Assembly: GCA_036732725.1 (NCBI GenBank)
Contig: DAINBV010000012.1
Span: 13,524 to 77,523 of the forward strand
Source: Geobacteraceae bacterium
GTDB lineage: Bacteria > Desulfobacterota > Desulfuromonadia > Geobacterales > Pseudopelobacteraceae
Direction: 5' to 3'
DNA: 64,000 bases
Shown: piece by piece, positions 50,201 to 58,583 of the stretch
How the letters are laid out: every line of letters begins with the position of its first letter
Position numbering within the stretch: position 1 is the stretch's first letter
Position numbers and translations under genes: made by a program
The notes under the pieces: model-generated
Database searches by the model: none
What the model was told of the DNA's origin: nothing
The model's input: only the letters and a program-made list of their open reading frames with translations

Positions 50201-52387
50201 TGCGATATTAACTGGTCAGGTTCAAATACCTGCGGTGTGAAATATGTTCTTAATACATTTTTGGCTCTCAAGTATCAATCAACAACAGCAGAATTTTCAA
50301 AAACCCAACCACTTCTAAAAGATGGCATTGTCTATTCCAGCAGTTTTGATTACCCCAGTTATCGCGGGCATCTTAAGATGAAGAAATTGCCGACAGGCTC
50401 TCAAACAGCTACAACGCTTGTATGGGATGCGGCTTCCGCCATGCCAACAGCGGGTACGAGTGGATTTCCGTCTGCTCCTTTGAGCTCTACCGATACAAGT
50501 TCGCCTCGCTATATTTTCACAAACCTGCCTGATGCTGTGCCCGACTCATCGACCGGTTTTATTACGCCAATCAAATTTGATCCTGTCTCTTTTGCAGCGC
50601 TTGACAGTACCACCAAGGCCTCATTTAAAACGGCTATTCAGGCTAGTTCTGATAACGATGCCAAGGTAACCATCAATACGGTACGAGGTAGAAAAAATGC
50701 ATCAACACAGGATATTTACACCGGAACTGCAAATTGTAGCACCGGCACAGCTGACGGTACTATTGACACAGATGGTTGCGCAGAAGATTCAAAGCGTTTG
50801 TGGGCAATAGAGAACTCTACACCGGTGTTAAAAGTCAAATCTAAACATATAGAAGCGACTACAACGACTGCCATAACCACTGGGCGAGACCGTCGGGATC
50901 GATTCCTGTTTGTTGGTGCTGATGATGGCATGTTGCACGCTTTCTGGGCAGGCTCATTCAACGCAACGACACAGAGTTATCCTGATACCGCTTCTGGCAA
51001 AGGTACTGGCAAAGAGACATGGGCATATATCCCGTCAGCTCTACTTAGTAATTTAAAAAATCAGCCATTTAACCCAGATCCTGCCAATGAAAGCTCTTTT
51101 GAGCCAAAAGTAAAAGTCGATGGTTCGCCAGCCATGAATGATTTTCTATACTGTGCTGCAAAAGATCTGGTCGGCAATTGCAGTTCATGGAAATGGCGAA
51201 CCATTCTGGTAGGAACAGCTACTGACAATACGGTTAACAAGGGAATTGTTTTTGCTTTGGATGTTTCCGATCCATATTCTCCAAAGATCATGTGGGAAAA
51301 AACATACAACAAAACATCCGACTCTACCTGTAAGGGAACGTCAAGAAACTGTAATATGGGATACTCAAAAGGCGTTGCGATCGGTACAGCACAGATTGGT
51401 ACCGAAATGAAAGACTACGTCTTTTTAACATCCAGTTGGATCTATAAGAAAAAAGCTATTGTTGATGGTTCAGGCAAGACGACCGGCTATTCACTTTGCA
51501 CCACCGATACCACTGGTTGTACGTTTGGAATTAGTGGCTATGCGCTGGATATTTTTACCGGTGACGTAAAATGGGAAACGTCTTTACCTTATACAGCCGA
51601 TTCCGTAAACATCAATGATCCACCCGCCTCTCCTGCGCTTATGGATCGCGATAACAATGGTACTGTTGACTATGCAATTTTTGGAGATATGCAGGGTAGA
51701 TTGTGGGCATTACGAACAACTGATGGCACAAACCTCACTGGAGCAAATCCGGTATACCAAATTAAAAAACTTGATGCCACTACCGGTAAAGATACGACTG
51801 TAAATGCAAACTCATCCGAGCCAATTGCTGCGCCGGTAGCAATCAGTAAAGATTTGATAGTACTTGCAACCGGTGGAGCTGATTATGCTCTTGATACTCA
51901 AAAATATCGTGTCGAAGTAGTGCGTTTAAGTAATACGGGCGCAACGAAAGATAAAGACAGTAGTGGTAATGACATGATGACCGTAATTACTGATGCCGGT
52001 GAAAAAATTTGGGCGCAACCGGCAATAGCTAACAATAATAAAGTTCTTATAGGTACTGCAAAAAGCTATTACTCGAATCAGACGGTATCTTCATTACAGA
52101 GTACCGGTAGAATTATCCAGATCAACTTGAGAGAAACTCGCGCTGCTGGTACGACGTCGAATGTCAAGTATGCTGGAGGTACAAATACCGCTGATCAATG
52201 GTTTACTGGCGGCTTTGTTGGCGGTTTTGACCTTGATAAGGGGCAGGCTGTGATCGGAACACTCAAACCCTCAAAAGATTCTTCAGGCACAACTACAGAC
52301 ATGATCCTATTAGGTGAAATAAGTACAACAAGTGGCGCAACTGGCAAGGTGAATCCCTACAAAATTTTGTGGTGGAGAAAATTGTGA
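47258..52387 (+). CDS. pilY1: Giant (1709 aa) PilY1-like pilus-tip protein: signal peptide, about 1000 aa uncharacterised N-terminal region, C-terminal PilY1/PilC beta-propeller with Ca-binding loop
   Basis: Strong RBS AGGAGGAG and signal peptide ...VIPSLA/TD. The C-terminal hallmark motifs are RFLFVGADDGMLHAFWAGS, VDGSPAMNDF, WRTILVGTA, GIVFALDVSDP, and DRDNNGTVDYAIFGDMQGRLWAL. Confidence 0.8.
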   Translation: MNFIGNKLRILAIATIALLVSVIPSLATDRTFSTGSYIISADSCWQPNGDTKNTTNAIGCDTNTNDQSIFQVYGLLYALLDTGDQPDKCENNDGSMPQQKAMLGYCKQVKVYWVIKADKASPHDVDLQLTTIDTAINPIVSIYNSAKTGAGNSTQAVNYRGGPFVIDANGITDAEFATIKTKFPAVKIHKANIGFSGNVDKVLIGKPPKIGVLSEGNSDVLEDYIRAAGQFAWKGVVFQYVGARDIIAGCLQDPIPATCLARNATKANANKITVPFQLLWAPHWEIENKWTGESTTPSAADQTSVVAEIRAFLERGNSGFFECASIGSLEASHSVTDIGMSVSAGTGGFLVSNTKTVPRLEVNKGCFKGYNNPNSKDCTSNYIVPEAVPFWLTQCGGWDYKPTSGLIDSMRPVYNTTTPANSYTYLTTKMANDSGTTVDDRYVGTQMTRFLHDDSTKLNTAYTDGTDHYHVYDYLVGGRINGSPTQGYLIYFPGHKYISCKNSTTFAYPPSRTLEISFDAITPVKDPLLSGIVPENSIIYAEIVHANCTQGSTCPKISYNLTTKSGTRSADTWVDASAEFATYNTVTNKLEGVFFTSAFAEATLTSLLVSDIYVTYDSNTNNTKLSSIVDVTDASATITLCTPPSPGDSTTPSSVTVNCSSSGVVPNSINLQFDGNVDVGTRLINITAKTSTGSAVGTYDLSTNTGSGATSAGGVTLDLSTASYDALAFTLKNVKMYPTASCAAVSLTDFSADFPGGSTKLTQVTNTTTSKTLCSPGVTSPASCTSVAATSSAGTITIATELQFKERYVDDYLKNTASDSEITLSIKYSCGSGCSGTVSNKYKPKTTNTGNPTGNLTDTDTYLRIDSRTAYFGTGDNRYILKDIFLTNKNSSKTVTITEVSVTFADHKEGSIFTTQKLYKLRDTTNNADIVSDSNGKASVASWTGKSYEIKNGSSGGGSTTWSYSMSAGTCNYYLGPYLSYCDINWSGSNTCGVKYVLNTFLALKYQSTTAEFSKTQPLLKDGIVYSSSFDYPSYRGHLKMKKLPTGSQTATTLVWDAASAMPTAGTSGFPSAPLSSTDTSSPRYIFTNLPDAVPDSSTGFITPIKFDPVSFAALDSTTKASFKTAIQASSDNDAKVTINTVRGRKNASTQDIYTGTANCSTGTADGTIDTDGCAEDSKRLWAIENSTPVLKVKSKHIEATTTTAITTGRDRRDRFLFVGADDGMLHAFWAGSFNATTQSYPDTASGKGTGKETWAYIPSALLSNLKNQPFNPDPANESSFEPKVKVDGSPAMNDFLYCAAKDLVGNCSSWKWRTILVGTATDNTVNKGIVFALDVSDPYSPKIMWEKTYNKTSDSTCKGTSRNCNMGYSKGVAIGTAQIGTEMKDYVFLTSSWIYKKKAIVDGSGKTTGYSLCTTDTTGCTFGISGYALDIFTGDVKWETSLPYTADSVNINDPPASPALMDRDNNGTVDYAIFGDMQGRLWALRTTDGTNLTGANPVYQIKKLDATTGKDTTVNANSSEPIAAPVAISKDLIVLATGGADYALDTQKYRVEVVRLSNTGATKDKDSSGNDMMTVITDAGEKIWAQPAIANNNKVLIGTAKSYYSNQTVSSLQSTGRIIQINLRETRAAGTTSNVKYAGGTNTADQWFTGGFVGGFDLDKGQAVIGTLKPSKDSSGTTTDMILLGEISTTSGATGKVNPYKILWWRKL

Positions 52388-53076
52388 GAAACATAAACGG
52401 ATTTACATTGGTAGAATTGCTGGTAGTAATTGCCATCATGGCTATTGTGGCTGGTTTAGCTTCGCCGCCTTTGCTTGAGATGTACCGAAAAAGCAAAATA
52501 GAGGATCGTGCCAGTACATTACAAGAAACGTTTAAATGGGCTCAGGTTCAGGCTGTTAAACGAGGTGAGGCAGAAATCAATACCGATCCTGCAAAGTGTA
52601 CCGATGCGACTCGAACCGATGGGACAGGCGCTATCATAAAACAAAAATATTATATAGCCTTAAACCCCACAACCAATGCATACAAGATCGTACAATGGCG
52701 CGATGCAAACTGCAATAATCTCAAAGAGGATACAACAACACCGAGCGAGTTTTCCGTTCTTCAGGAAGGCTCGCTCGGTGAGTCGTACTTTGGTATTACC
52801 GGTACAGTGAATCTGACCGCTTGTGACAATGCAGGGACAAGAACATCTGGTTCAGGAGTAATGCCTAATTTTACCGCGTCTACTTGTCCAAGCGGGATAG
52901 CAATTTTTAGCGGATATCAATGTTCAAGCCTTAACGGCAAAGGGTTCGTAGATGCGATGAAATATTCAGCCGCGTATATTACAAATGGAAAAGCCAACTA
53001 TGCCGTTGCACTAAATCCTGCTGGCATTACAACGCTTTGTCTCTGGAATGGTACTGGTTGGCAATTTGTACGTTAA
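52369..53076 (+). CDS. GspH/FimT-family pseudopilin (type IV minor pilin)
   Basis: NING/FTLVELLVVIAIMAIVAGLA prepilin signal, followed by a FimT/GspH-like segment (ASTLQETFKWAQVQAVKRGE). Start is GTG at 52369 or at 52384; the latter makes a GTGA overlap with the pilY1-like stop. Confidence 0.7.
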   Translation: MVEKIVRNINGFTLVELLVVIAIMAIVAGLASPPLLEMYRKSKIEDRASTLQETFKWAQVQAVKRGEAEINTDPAKCTDATRTDGTGAIIKQKYYIALNPTTNAYKIVQWRDANCNNLKEDTTTPSEFSVLQEGSLGESYFGITGTVNLTACDNAGTRTSGSGVMPNFTASTCPSGIAIFSGYQCSSLNGKGFVDAMKYSAAYITNGKANYAVALNPAGITTLCLWNGTGWQFVR

Positions 53077-53153
53077 ATTTGAAACCGCCTGAAGCAATGA
53101 CCGCCTATTCAAAAACGTTCCGTATGCATATATGAGCTGTATTTGTAAAGAAA

Positions 53154-55538
53154 TTACCCCCGCAAGCTGACCACCGTAGCACCATCACGCCCTTCATAGG
53201 CATCCCCTGGCCGGCAGGAATCGACCAGGGGATGCCGCTCCAGAAATTCCCGCACCGCATCACGCAAGCGCCCCGTGCCGAGTCCATGAATCACCCGAAC
53301 TTCACGCATTCCCGCAAGTGCCGCCTGATTGAGAAACGGCTCCAGCCGCTCCAGCGCCTCATCAACCCGCAAGCCGATCAGCTTGATCTCGCGGGCATCA
53401 CTCTCCCCCGCATCCAACTGCCAGCCACGGCTATTGCTCGGCTGTGGGGCACTTCTTTTTTTCTTCTCCGGCACAGCCTTAGATGGCGCCGACAGATCGG
53501 CCAGCGTGACCTCAAGCTCCATGCGCCCTGCCCTGACACGAACCTTCCCCTGTTTTTCCTGTTGCTGTACCACCACCCCGCTACAATTGAGCGAACGGAT
53601 AAAAACCGCATCTCCCGGTTTGACAACGGTAAGCGGCGTTTGATCCCGCTCCTGTTCCTGACGGGGGGTAAGCTCTTCCGCCAACTGCTGCTGGGCGGAG
53701 CGCAACCGATCAACAGTCTCAGCCCGATGTTCCCGCTTGTACTCCTCCAGCAGTTCGTTCATCTGACGACGACTGGAGGCAATCAACTCGCGGGCCTCCT
53801 GCCACCCTTTTTCCCTCGCCTCGCGGCGTGCTGTTTCGATGCTAGCGGCACGTTCTTCCACATCACGCCGGGCAACGGCCAGTTCATGCTGCTGCCGTTC
53901 CAGATCTCTGGCGCTGCTGGCCAGTTCGTCCCGTTTGCGGTGTAGCTCCGCCAGCAAGGCGGTAAACTCTTCCCCGGCCGAACCGAGCAACTGACGGGCA
54001 TAGGCGATTACCCGCTCGGGCATCCCATAACGCACGGCAATGTCAATGGCATGGGAATGCCCCGGTTCACCGCTGATCAAACGGTACAGCGGGGTGTAAC
54101 TGGCAGCATCGTATTCCATGCCGGCATTGATCATGCCGGGAGAGCGATGCACAAAACCGATGATTTCCGACAAATGGGTTGTGGCAACCACCAACGCCCC
54201 GTTATTCTTCAACTCATGCAGTACACTGCAGGCGATGGCTGCCCCCTGGTGCGGTTCGGTTCCCGCCCCCAGTTCATCCAGCAGCACCAACGACCTCCCG
54301 CCGGCCTGGCCGATGATTTTGGCCACCCGCGCCACATGGGCCGAAAACGTGGAGAGACTCTGTTCGATCGATTGCTCGTCACCAATATCAACCAACAGAG
54401 TATCCAGGAGCGGAAAGACCGACCGGGCACCGTTGGCGGGAACCGGCAGACCGCACAGCGCCATGACCGTCAGGATACCGGCGGTTTTAAGGGCAATGGT
54501 TTTACCACCGGCATTGGGACCGGTAATCACCATCACTCTCCCCGCTTCCCCCAACTGCAAATTGAGCTGTTCCACCTGTGGCAATATTTTCTGGCGCTGG
54601 AGCATCAACAACTGGGGATGGCGCGCTCCATCCAACAGCAGCTCGGCTGAATCCCGAACCTGCGCGTTTTCCAAACCGTACTGATCGGCAAAGAGAGCTA
54701 CCGAAGCAAGATAATCAACAGTCACCAAGGTTTCAAAACAGCCGTTGATGGCATCACTATCCTCCCGCAGCCAGGCGGAAAGTTGGCGCAATATCCTGAT
54801 TTCCTCGCTCTTTTCCTCAGCCGCCAGATTTTCCAGTTCATTGACAAAGGGGATAATTTCCAACGGCTCCATAAAGGCGGTTTCACCGGATGAGGAGACA
54901 TCATGCACCACCCCCTTGACCATACCTTTAGAATCCATTCGTACCGGAATGACCCAGCGGCCGCCCCGTTGGGTGATAAAGTCTTCCTGTAGAAAGATTT
55001 CAATATCGTTGGCACGCACGATTTCCTCGATCTTCTTGCGAATCCGGGCCGCCAGGGAGCGCTTTGCCCGGCGGATTTCCTTAAGTGCCGAAGAAGCGCC
55101 GTCTTTGATGCTCCCATCGCTATCAATGGAGGCAATCAACGGTTCCAGCAGATCCGCAAAGGGGATCAGCGCCGGTTCCAGCGCTTTCAGCAGCGGCAGG
55201 TCGTTGCGCGGGGTAAGCTGGCGGTGGAGTGAGGCAAACAGTTGCAACGGTGGAATAAAGGTCAGCAATTCATGCGTGGTCAGCAATGCGCCCTGGGGGC
55301 GCAGCCGCTCCAACAGCGGCCGGATATCATCAAACTGCTCCAGCCGCAGGGCGATTCCGAGACGTGCCAGACCACGCAGTTCCGCAATCCGGCCACTTAC
55401 TCGTTCTATCTCTTCGACCATGTGGTACGGGATGGTTGCCAGCAGCCGCTCGGCGGTCACATCGCTGTGGCACTGTCCGGCGATGGCATGCAATATTTTA
55501 TCAAATTCAAGCCGTTTCAGGGTTTCCTGATCTATCAT
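53154..55538 (-). CDS. mutS2: Endonuclease MutS2 (MutS domain + C-terminal Smr)
   Basis: Walker [16 protein letters not shown], long coiled coil, KOW-like region. C-terminal Smr domain ([10 protein letters not shown]...[13 protein letters not shown]). Confidence 0.9.
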   Translation of the reverse strand: MIDQETLKRLEFDKILHAIAGQCHSDVTAERLLATIPYHMVEEIERVSGRIAELRGLARLGIALRLEQFDDIRPLLERLRPQGALLTTHELLTFIPPLQLFASLHRQLTPRNDLPLLKALEPALIPFADLLEPLIASIDSDGSIKDGASSALKEIRRAKRSLAARIRKKIEEIVRANDIEIFLQEDFITQRGGRWVIPVRMDSKGMVKGVVHDVSSSGETAFMEPLEIIPFVNELENLAAEEKSEEIRILRQLSAWLREDSDAINGCFETLVTVDYLASVALFADQYGLENAQVRDSAELLLDGARHPQLLMLQRQKILPQVEQLNLQLGEAGRVMVITGPNAGGKTIALKTAGILTVMALCGLPVPANGARSVFPLLDTLLVDIGDEQSIEQSLSTFSAHVARVAKIIGQAGGRSLVLLDELGAGTEPHQGAAIACSVLHELKNNGALVVATTHLSEIIGFVHRSPGMINAGMEYDAASYTPLYRLISGEPGHSHAIDIAVRYGMPERVIAYARQLLGSAGEEFTALLAELHRKRDELASSARDLERQQHELAVARRDVEERAASIETARREAREKGWQEARELIASSRRQMNELLEEYKREHRAETVDRLRSAQQQLAEELTPRQEQERDQTPLTVVKPGDAVFIRSLNCSGVVVQQQEKQGKVRVRAGRMELEVTLADLSAPSKAVPEKKKRSAPQPSNSRGWQLDAGESDAREIKLIGLRVDEALERLEPFLNQAALAGMREVRVIHGLGTGRLRDAVREFLERHPLVDSCRPGDAYEGRDGATVVSLRG

Positions 55539-55888
55539 GATTCCTTCTGGCTGCTGCGCCGTCGCCGGCGAGCCTTCTGTTTTTTTAGTTTTTCAATCCG
55601 TTTCATTTCCGGTGTCACAATTCCCTGCAAAGCTTCCAGCTGTTCCAGCAGCTGGCGGCGCGCCAGGAAACGATTGATCGACTGACTCCGCTCCCGCGAG
55701 GCACTGACGGTGATACCGCTCGGAATGTGGGTCAATTGTACGCAGGTGGAGGTCTTGTTGACATGCTGGCCGCCATTGCCGGATGAACGGACAAAGACCT
55801 CCTTGAGATCCTCCTCCCGCACCTCCAGCTCAGCCATCTTATGCGACAGCCAGCGGTTTTTTTCATCACTTACGGCAAACTCAGGCAT
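55535..55888 (-). CDS. Small GGQ-motif class-I release-factor-domain protein (ArfB / mtRF-R-like) with basic C-terminal tail
   Basis: [41 protein letters not shown] is an RF-1 (GGQ) domain. The tail is [21 protein letters not shown] 55888 has RBS GGGGGAGA, and the stop overlaps the mutS2 start (ATGA). Confidence 0.75.
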   Translation of the reverse strand: MPEFAVSDEKNRWLSHKMAELEVREEDLKEVFVRSSGNGGQHVNKTSTCVQLTHIPSGITVSASRERSQSINRFLARRQLLEQLEALQGIVTPEMKRIEKLKKQKARRRRRSSQKES

Positions 55889-56019
55889 GCGATCTCCCCC
55901 GATGCCGTTCTGCTGACGGCGGGCCACTCTACACAACAGCACATTTTTTTCCAACCACATTCAGCGTTGTCGAAGCCGGGCGGACATGGTATGTTTGCCC
56001 CTATCATATTTTAGCAAGG

Positions 56020-56682
56020 ATGTCGACTGTGCATGCTTCATTTCTGCAACGTTTCTGGGTCACCTTTTCCTGCCATGTCGTTGGTTTCTATGCATCCACA
56101 CTCAATCATTTCCGATCCAAGGGAGCGGAGCATATCCCGTCCCACGGCGGCGTGCTGTTTACCTCCAATCACATATCCGCCTACGAAACCATATTTCTCC
56201 CCTGGGCGGTGATCAGACACCATCCGCTGCAGATGCTCTGGGCTCCGGCCAAGGAAGAGCTGTTTACCAACACGTTCCAGCGACTGATCTACTCATCATG
56301 GGGCGCCTTTCCGGTGCGCCGCAAGCGGGACATGAAGGCCAACCGGACCATTAACGACCTGTTGCGCGATCAGAAGGTCATGCTGTTCCCTGAAGGGACA
56401 CGTCACAAGGATGGCCGGCTCGGACCGGGAAACCGGGGGGTGGGGAAAATCATCTACGACACCCGCCCGACGGTTATCCCGACCGCCCTGGTCGGGCTGA
56501 ATCACTGGAAATTCCCCGGTTTCGGGCAGCAGGCGCTGGTTCGTTTCGGTACTCCGCTTGATTTCAGCGATCTGTACCAGTTGGAAGATTGCAAGGAAAC
56601 TCATATTTTGATTGTGTCACGAGTCATGGAGGCGATTGCCGCGCTCCTGAAAGAAGAGGGGGCGTACTGTGGGGAAATCTGA
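56020..56682 (+). CDS. plsC: 1-acyl-sn-glycerol-3-phosphate (lysophospholipid) acyltransferase family protein
   Basis: Acyltransferase block I NHISAYE (an HX4D variant with E), and block [13 protein letters not shown]. Start is ATG 56020 or GTG 56029. Confidence 0.75.
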   Translation: MSTVHASFLQRFWVTFSCHVVGFYASTLNHFRSKGAEHIPSHGGVLFTSNHISAYETIFLPWAVIRHHPLQMLWAPAKEELFTNTFQRLIYSSWGAFPVRRKRDMKANRTINDLLRDQKVMLFPEGTRHKDGRLGPGNRGVGKIIYDTRPTVIPTALVGLNHWKFPGFGQQALVRFGTPLDFSDLYQLEDCKETHILIVSRVMEAIAALLKEEGAYCGEI

Positions 56683-57112
56683 TCAGGTGGAGATATTCTC
56701 CGACGGTGCCTGTAGCGGCAATCCGGGACCCGGAGGTTATGGGGCGATACTCCGCTGTTGCGGCAAGGAAAAGGAGTTGAGCGGCGGCGCGGCGCTGACC
56801 ACCAATAACCGGATGGAACTGTCGGGAGTAATCGAGGCGCTGCGGTGCCTGACCCGCCCCTGCCGCGTAACCGTAACCACCGATTCCCAGTATGTGGTCA
56901 AAGGGATGACGGAATGGATTAGCGGTTGGCAACGTAAGGGGTGGCAGAACAGCAAGAAGGAACCGGTGGTGAACCGCGATCTGTGGGAAGCGTTGCTGGA
57001 AGCAGCACGCCCCCACACCATCTCCTGGAACTGGGTACGCGGGCATGCCGGACATGCCGAAAACGAGCGCTGCGACCAGCTGGCACGGGAAGCAATACCA
57101 AGCGGAAAATAA
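56669..57112 (+). CDS. rnhA: Ribonuclease HI
   Basis: [32 protein letters not shown] and [15 protein letters not shown] motifs. GTG start with GAGGGGG RBS; overlaps the plsC end by 14 nt. Confidence 0.9.
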   Translation: MGKSDQVEIFSDGACSGNPGPGGYGAILRCCGKEKELSGGAALTTNNRMELSGVIEALRCLTRPCRVTVTTDSQYVVKGMTEWISGWQRKGWQNSKKEPVVNRDLWEALLEAARPHTISWNWVRGHAGHAENERCDQLAREAIPSGK

Positions 57113-57203
57113 GTAGTTCTCACGCTATTGCTTGACGCTTGTGGCTCATTCGCTTAAAATCCCACAATTCGCACAAATTCAGATTCGGGAGAACCGTGAT
57201 CCA

Positions 57204-58583
57204 ATGAAGCAGATAGTTGCCATCATCCTTGCAGCGGGTAAGGGCACCCGCATGAAATCCAACCTTGCCAAGGTGCTGCACCCGCTGGCAGGTCAGCCGA
57301 TGCTGTCCTGGCCGCTTTCAGTGGCACGCGCCAGCGGGGCCACCAGAACCGTGGTGGTAGTGGGACATCAGGCGGAGAGTGTCAGCAACTATTGTGCTTC
57401 CTATGCCGACGTAGCGACGGCAATCCAGGAGCAGCAACTGGGAACCGGTCATGCGGTGGCATCCGCCCGTCAGGCATTTGCCGAGCATCAGGGGACAGTG
57501 CTGATCCTGTGTGGTGACACCCCGCTCCTGACCACAGCCACCATCGCCAAACTGCTGGAGATCCATCGCGAACAGCGGGCTGTTCTGTCGGTACTCACCG
57601 CCACCATGCCCGACCCTACCGGCTATGGGCGCATTGTGCGGGATCAGGCCGGTCATGTTGCCCGGATCGTTGAGCAGAAAGACGCCACCCCGGCCGAGCG
57701 CGAAATTGCTGAAATCAACAGCGGCATCTACTGCATGGAAGCTGATTTCCTGCGTGACAACATCGATTCTCTTGACAACAACAACTCCCAGGGGGAGTTT
57801 TACCTGACCGACCTGGTATCGCTTGCCATTGCCAAGGGACACACCTGTTGCGCTCTCTGCAGCGATGATGCCGATGAAATCATGGGGGTCAATGACCGGC
57901 TTCAACTGGCACAAGCCGGCAGCATCCTGCGTCAGCGCATCAACCGCAACCACCTGCTGGCCGGCGTGACACTGGTTGATCCCGCCACCACCTACATTGA
58001 CGCCGGTGCAACCATCGGCAACGACACCACCATAGCCCCCAACTGTCATATCAGCGCCGATACGGTGATCGGCAGCGGCTGCAACATTGAAACCGGGGTC
58101 GTGATCACCAGTTGCACCATTGGCGACGGTTGCCATATCAAGGCCGGTTCGATCCTGGAAGGTTCGACGATCCACCGTCAGGTTGCCATTGGCCCCATGG
58201 CGCACCTGCGACCTGGTACGGTGCTGCACGATCACGTCAAGATCGGCAACTTTGTGGAAACCAAAAAGATTGTTATGGCAGCCGGTTCAAAGGCATCGCA
58301 CCTGACCTATCTGGGGGATGCGGAGATCGGATCCCAGGTCAATATCGGTTGCGGAACCATTACCTGCAATTACGATGGTGTCAATAAACACAAGACCGTG
58401 ATCGGCGACGATGTATTCATCGGCAGCGATGTACAACTGGTGGCGCCAGTGACCATCGGCCGCAATTCGCTGGTTGCAGCCGGAACCACCGTAACGGTTG
58501 ACGTTCCGCCCGACTCACTGGCCCTTTCCCGGGTACCGCAAATCAACAAAGAGGGATGGCGCTTGAAACAGAAGGGGAAATGA
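57204..58583 (+). CDS. glmU: Bifunctional UDP-N-acetylglucosamine pyrophosphorylase / glucosamine-1-phosphate N-acetyltransferase
   Basis: LAAGKGTRMKS, and a left-handed beta-helix of hexapeptide repeats. C-terminal NYDG..K..T.IGD.VF.GS. I prefer ATG 57204 (MKQIVAIILAAG). Confidence 0.95.
   Translation: MKQIVAIILAAGKGTRMKSNLAKVLHPLAGQPMLSWPLSVARASGATRTVVVVGHQAESVSNYCASYADVATAIQEQQLGTGHAVASARQAFAEHQGTVLILCGDTPLLTTATIAKLLEIHREQRAVLSVLTATMPDPTGYGRIVRDQAGHVARIVEQKDATPAEREIAEINSGIYCMEADFLRDNIDSLDNNNSQGEFYLTDLVSLAIAKGHTCCALCSDDADEIMGVNDRLQLAQAGSILRQRINRNHLLAGVTLVDPATTYIDAGATIGNDTTIAPNCHISADTVIGSGCNIETGVVITSCTIGDGCHIKAGSILEGSTIHRQVAIGPMAHLRPGTVLHDHVKIGNFVETKKIVMAAGSKASHLTYLGDAEIGSQVNIGCGTITCNYDGVNKHKTVIGDDVFIGSDVQLVAPVTIGRNSLVAAGTTVTVDVPPDSLALSRVPQINKEGWRLKQKGK

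Larger units (their letters stand above)
44742..53153. other. AT-rich genomic island (minor-pilin / PilY1-like locus)
   Basis: Hand counts of G+C give 43% (47281-47340) and 35% (49861-49920) inside the island. The flanks give 60% (43981-44040) and 60% (53401-53460). The composition switches sharply at the GT2 stop and at the mutS2 stop. Confidence 0.75.

Noticed and set aside
50387-50398. LPTG in the giant protein as a sortase LPXTG signal
   Set aside because: The sequence is L-P-T-G, not L-P-x-T-G. It is internal (aa 1044-1047), is not followed by a hydrophobic/charged tail, and the organism is Gram-negative-like.
44742-53153. The island as a classical mobile element (ICE, prophage, transposon)
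   Set aside because: I could find no integrase, transposase or recombinase ORF, no tRNA/tmRNA target, and no terminal inverted or direct repeats at the composition boundaries. I therefore call it only a compositional island.
54745-55530. 261-aa plus-strand ORF (and other 100-240-aa ORFs at 53232-54684)
   Set aside because: They are antisense to mutS2, Ser/Arg-rich, and have no motifs.
57318-58235. 305-aa minus-strand ORF
   Set aside because: It is antisense to glmU, and its Gly/Val-rich translation mirrors the hexapeptide-repeat region.
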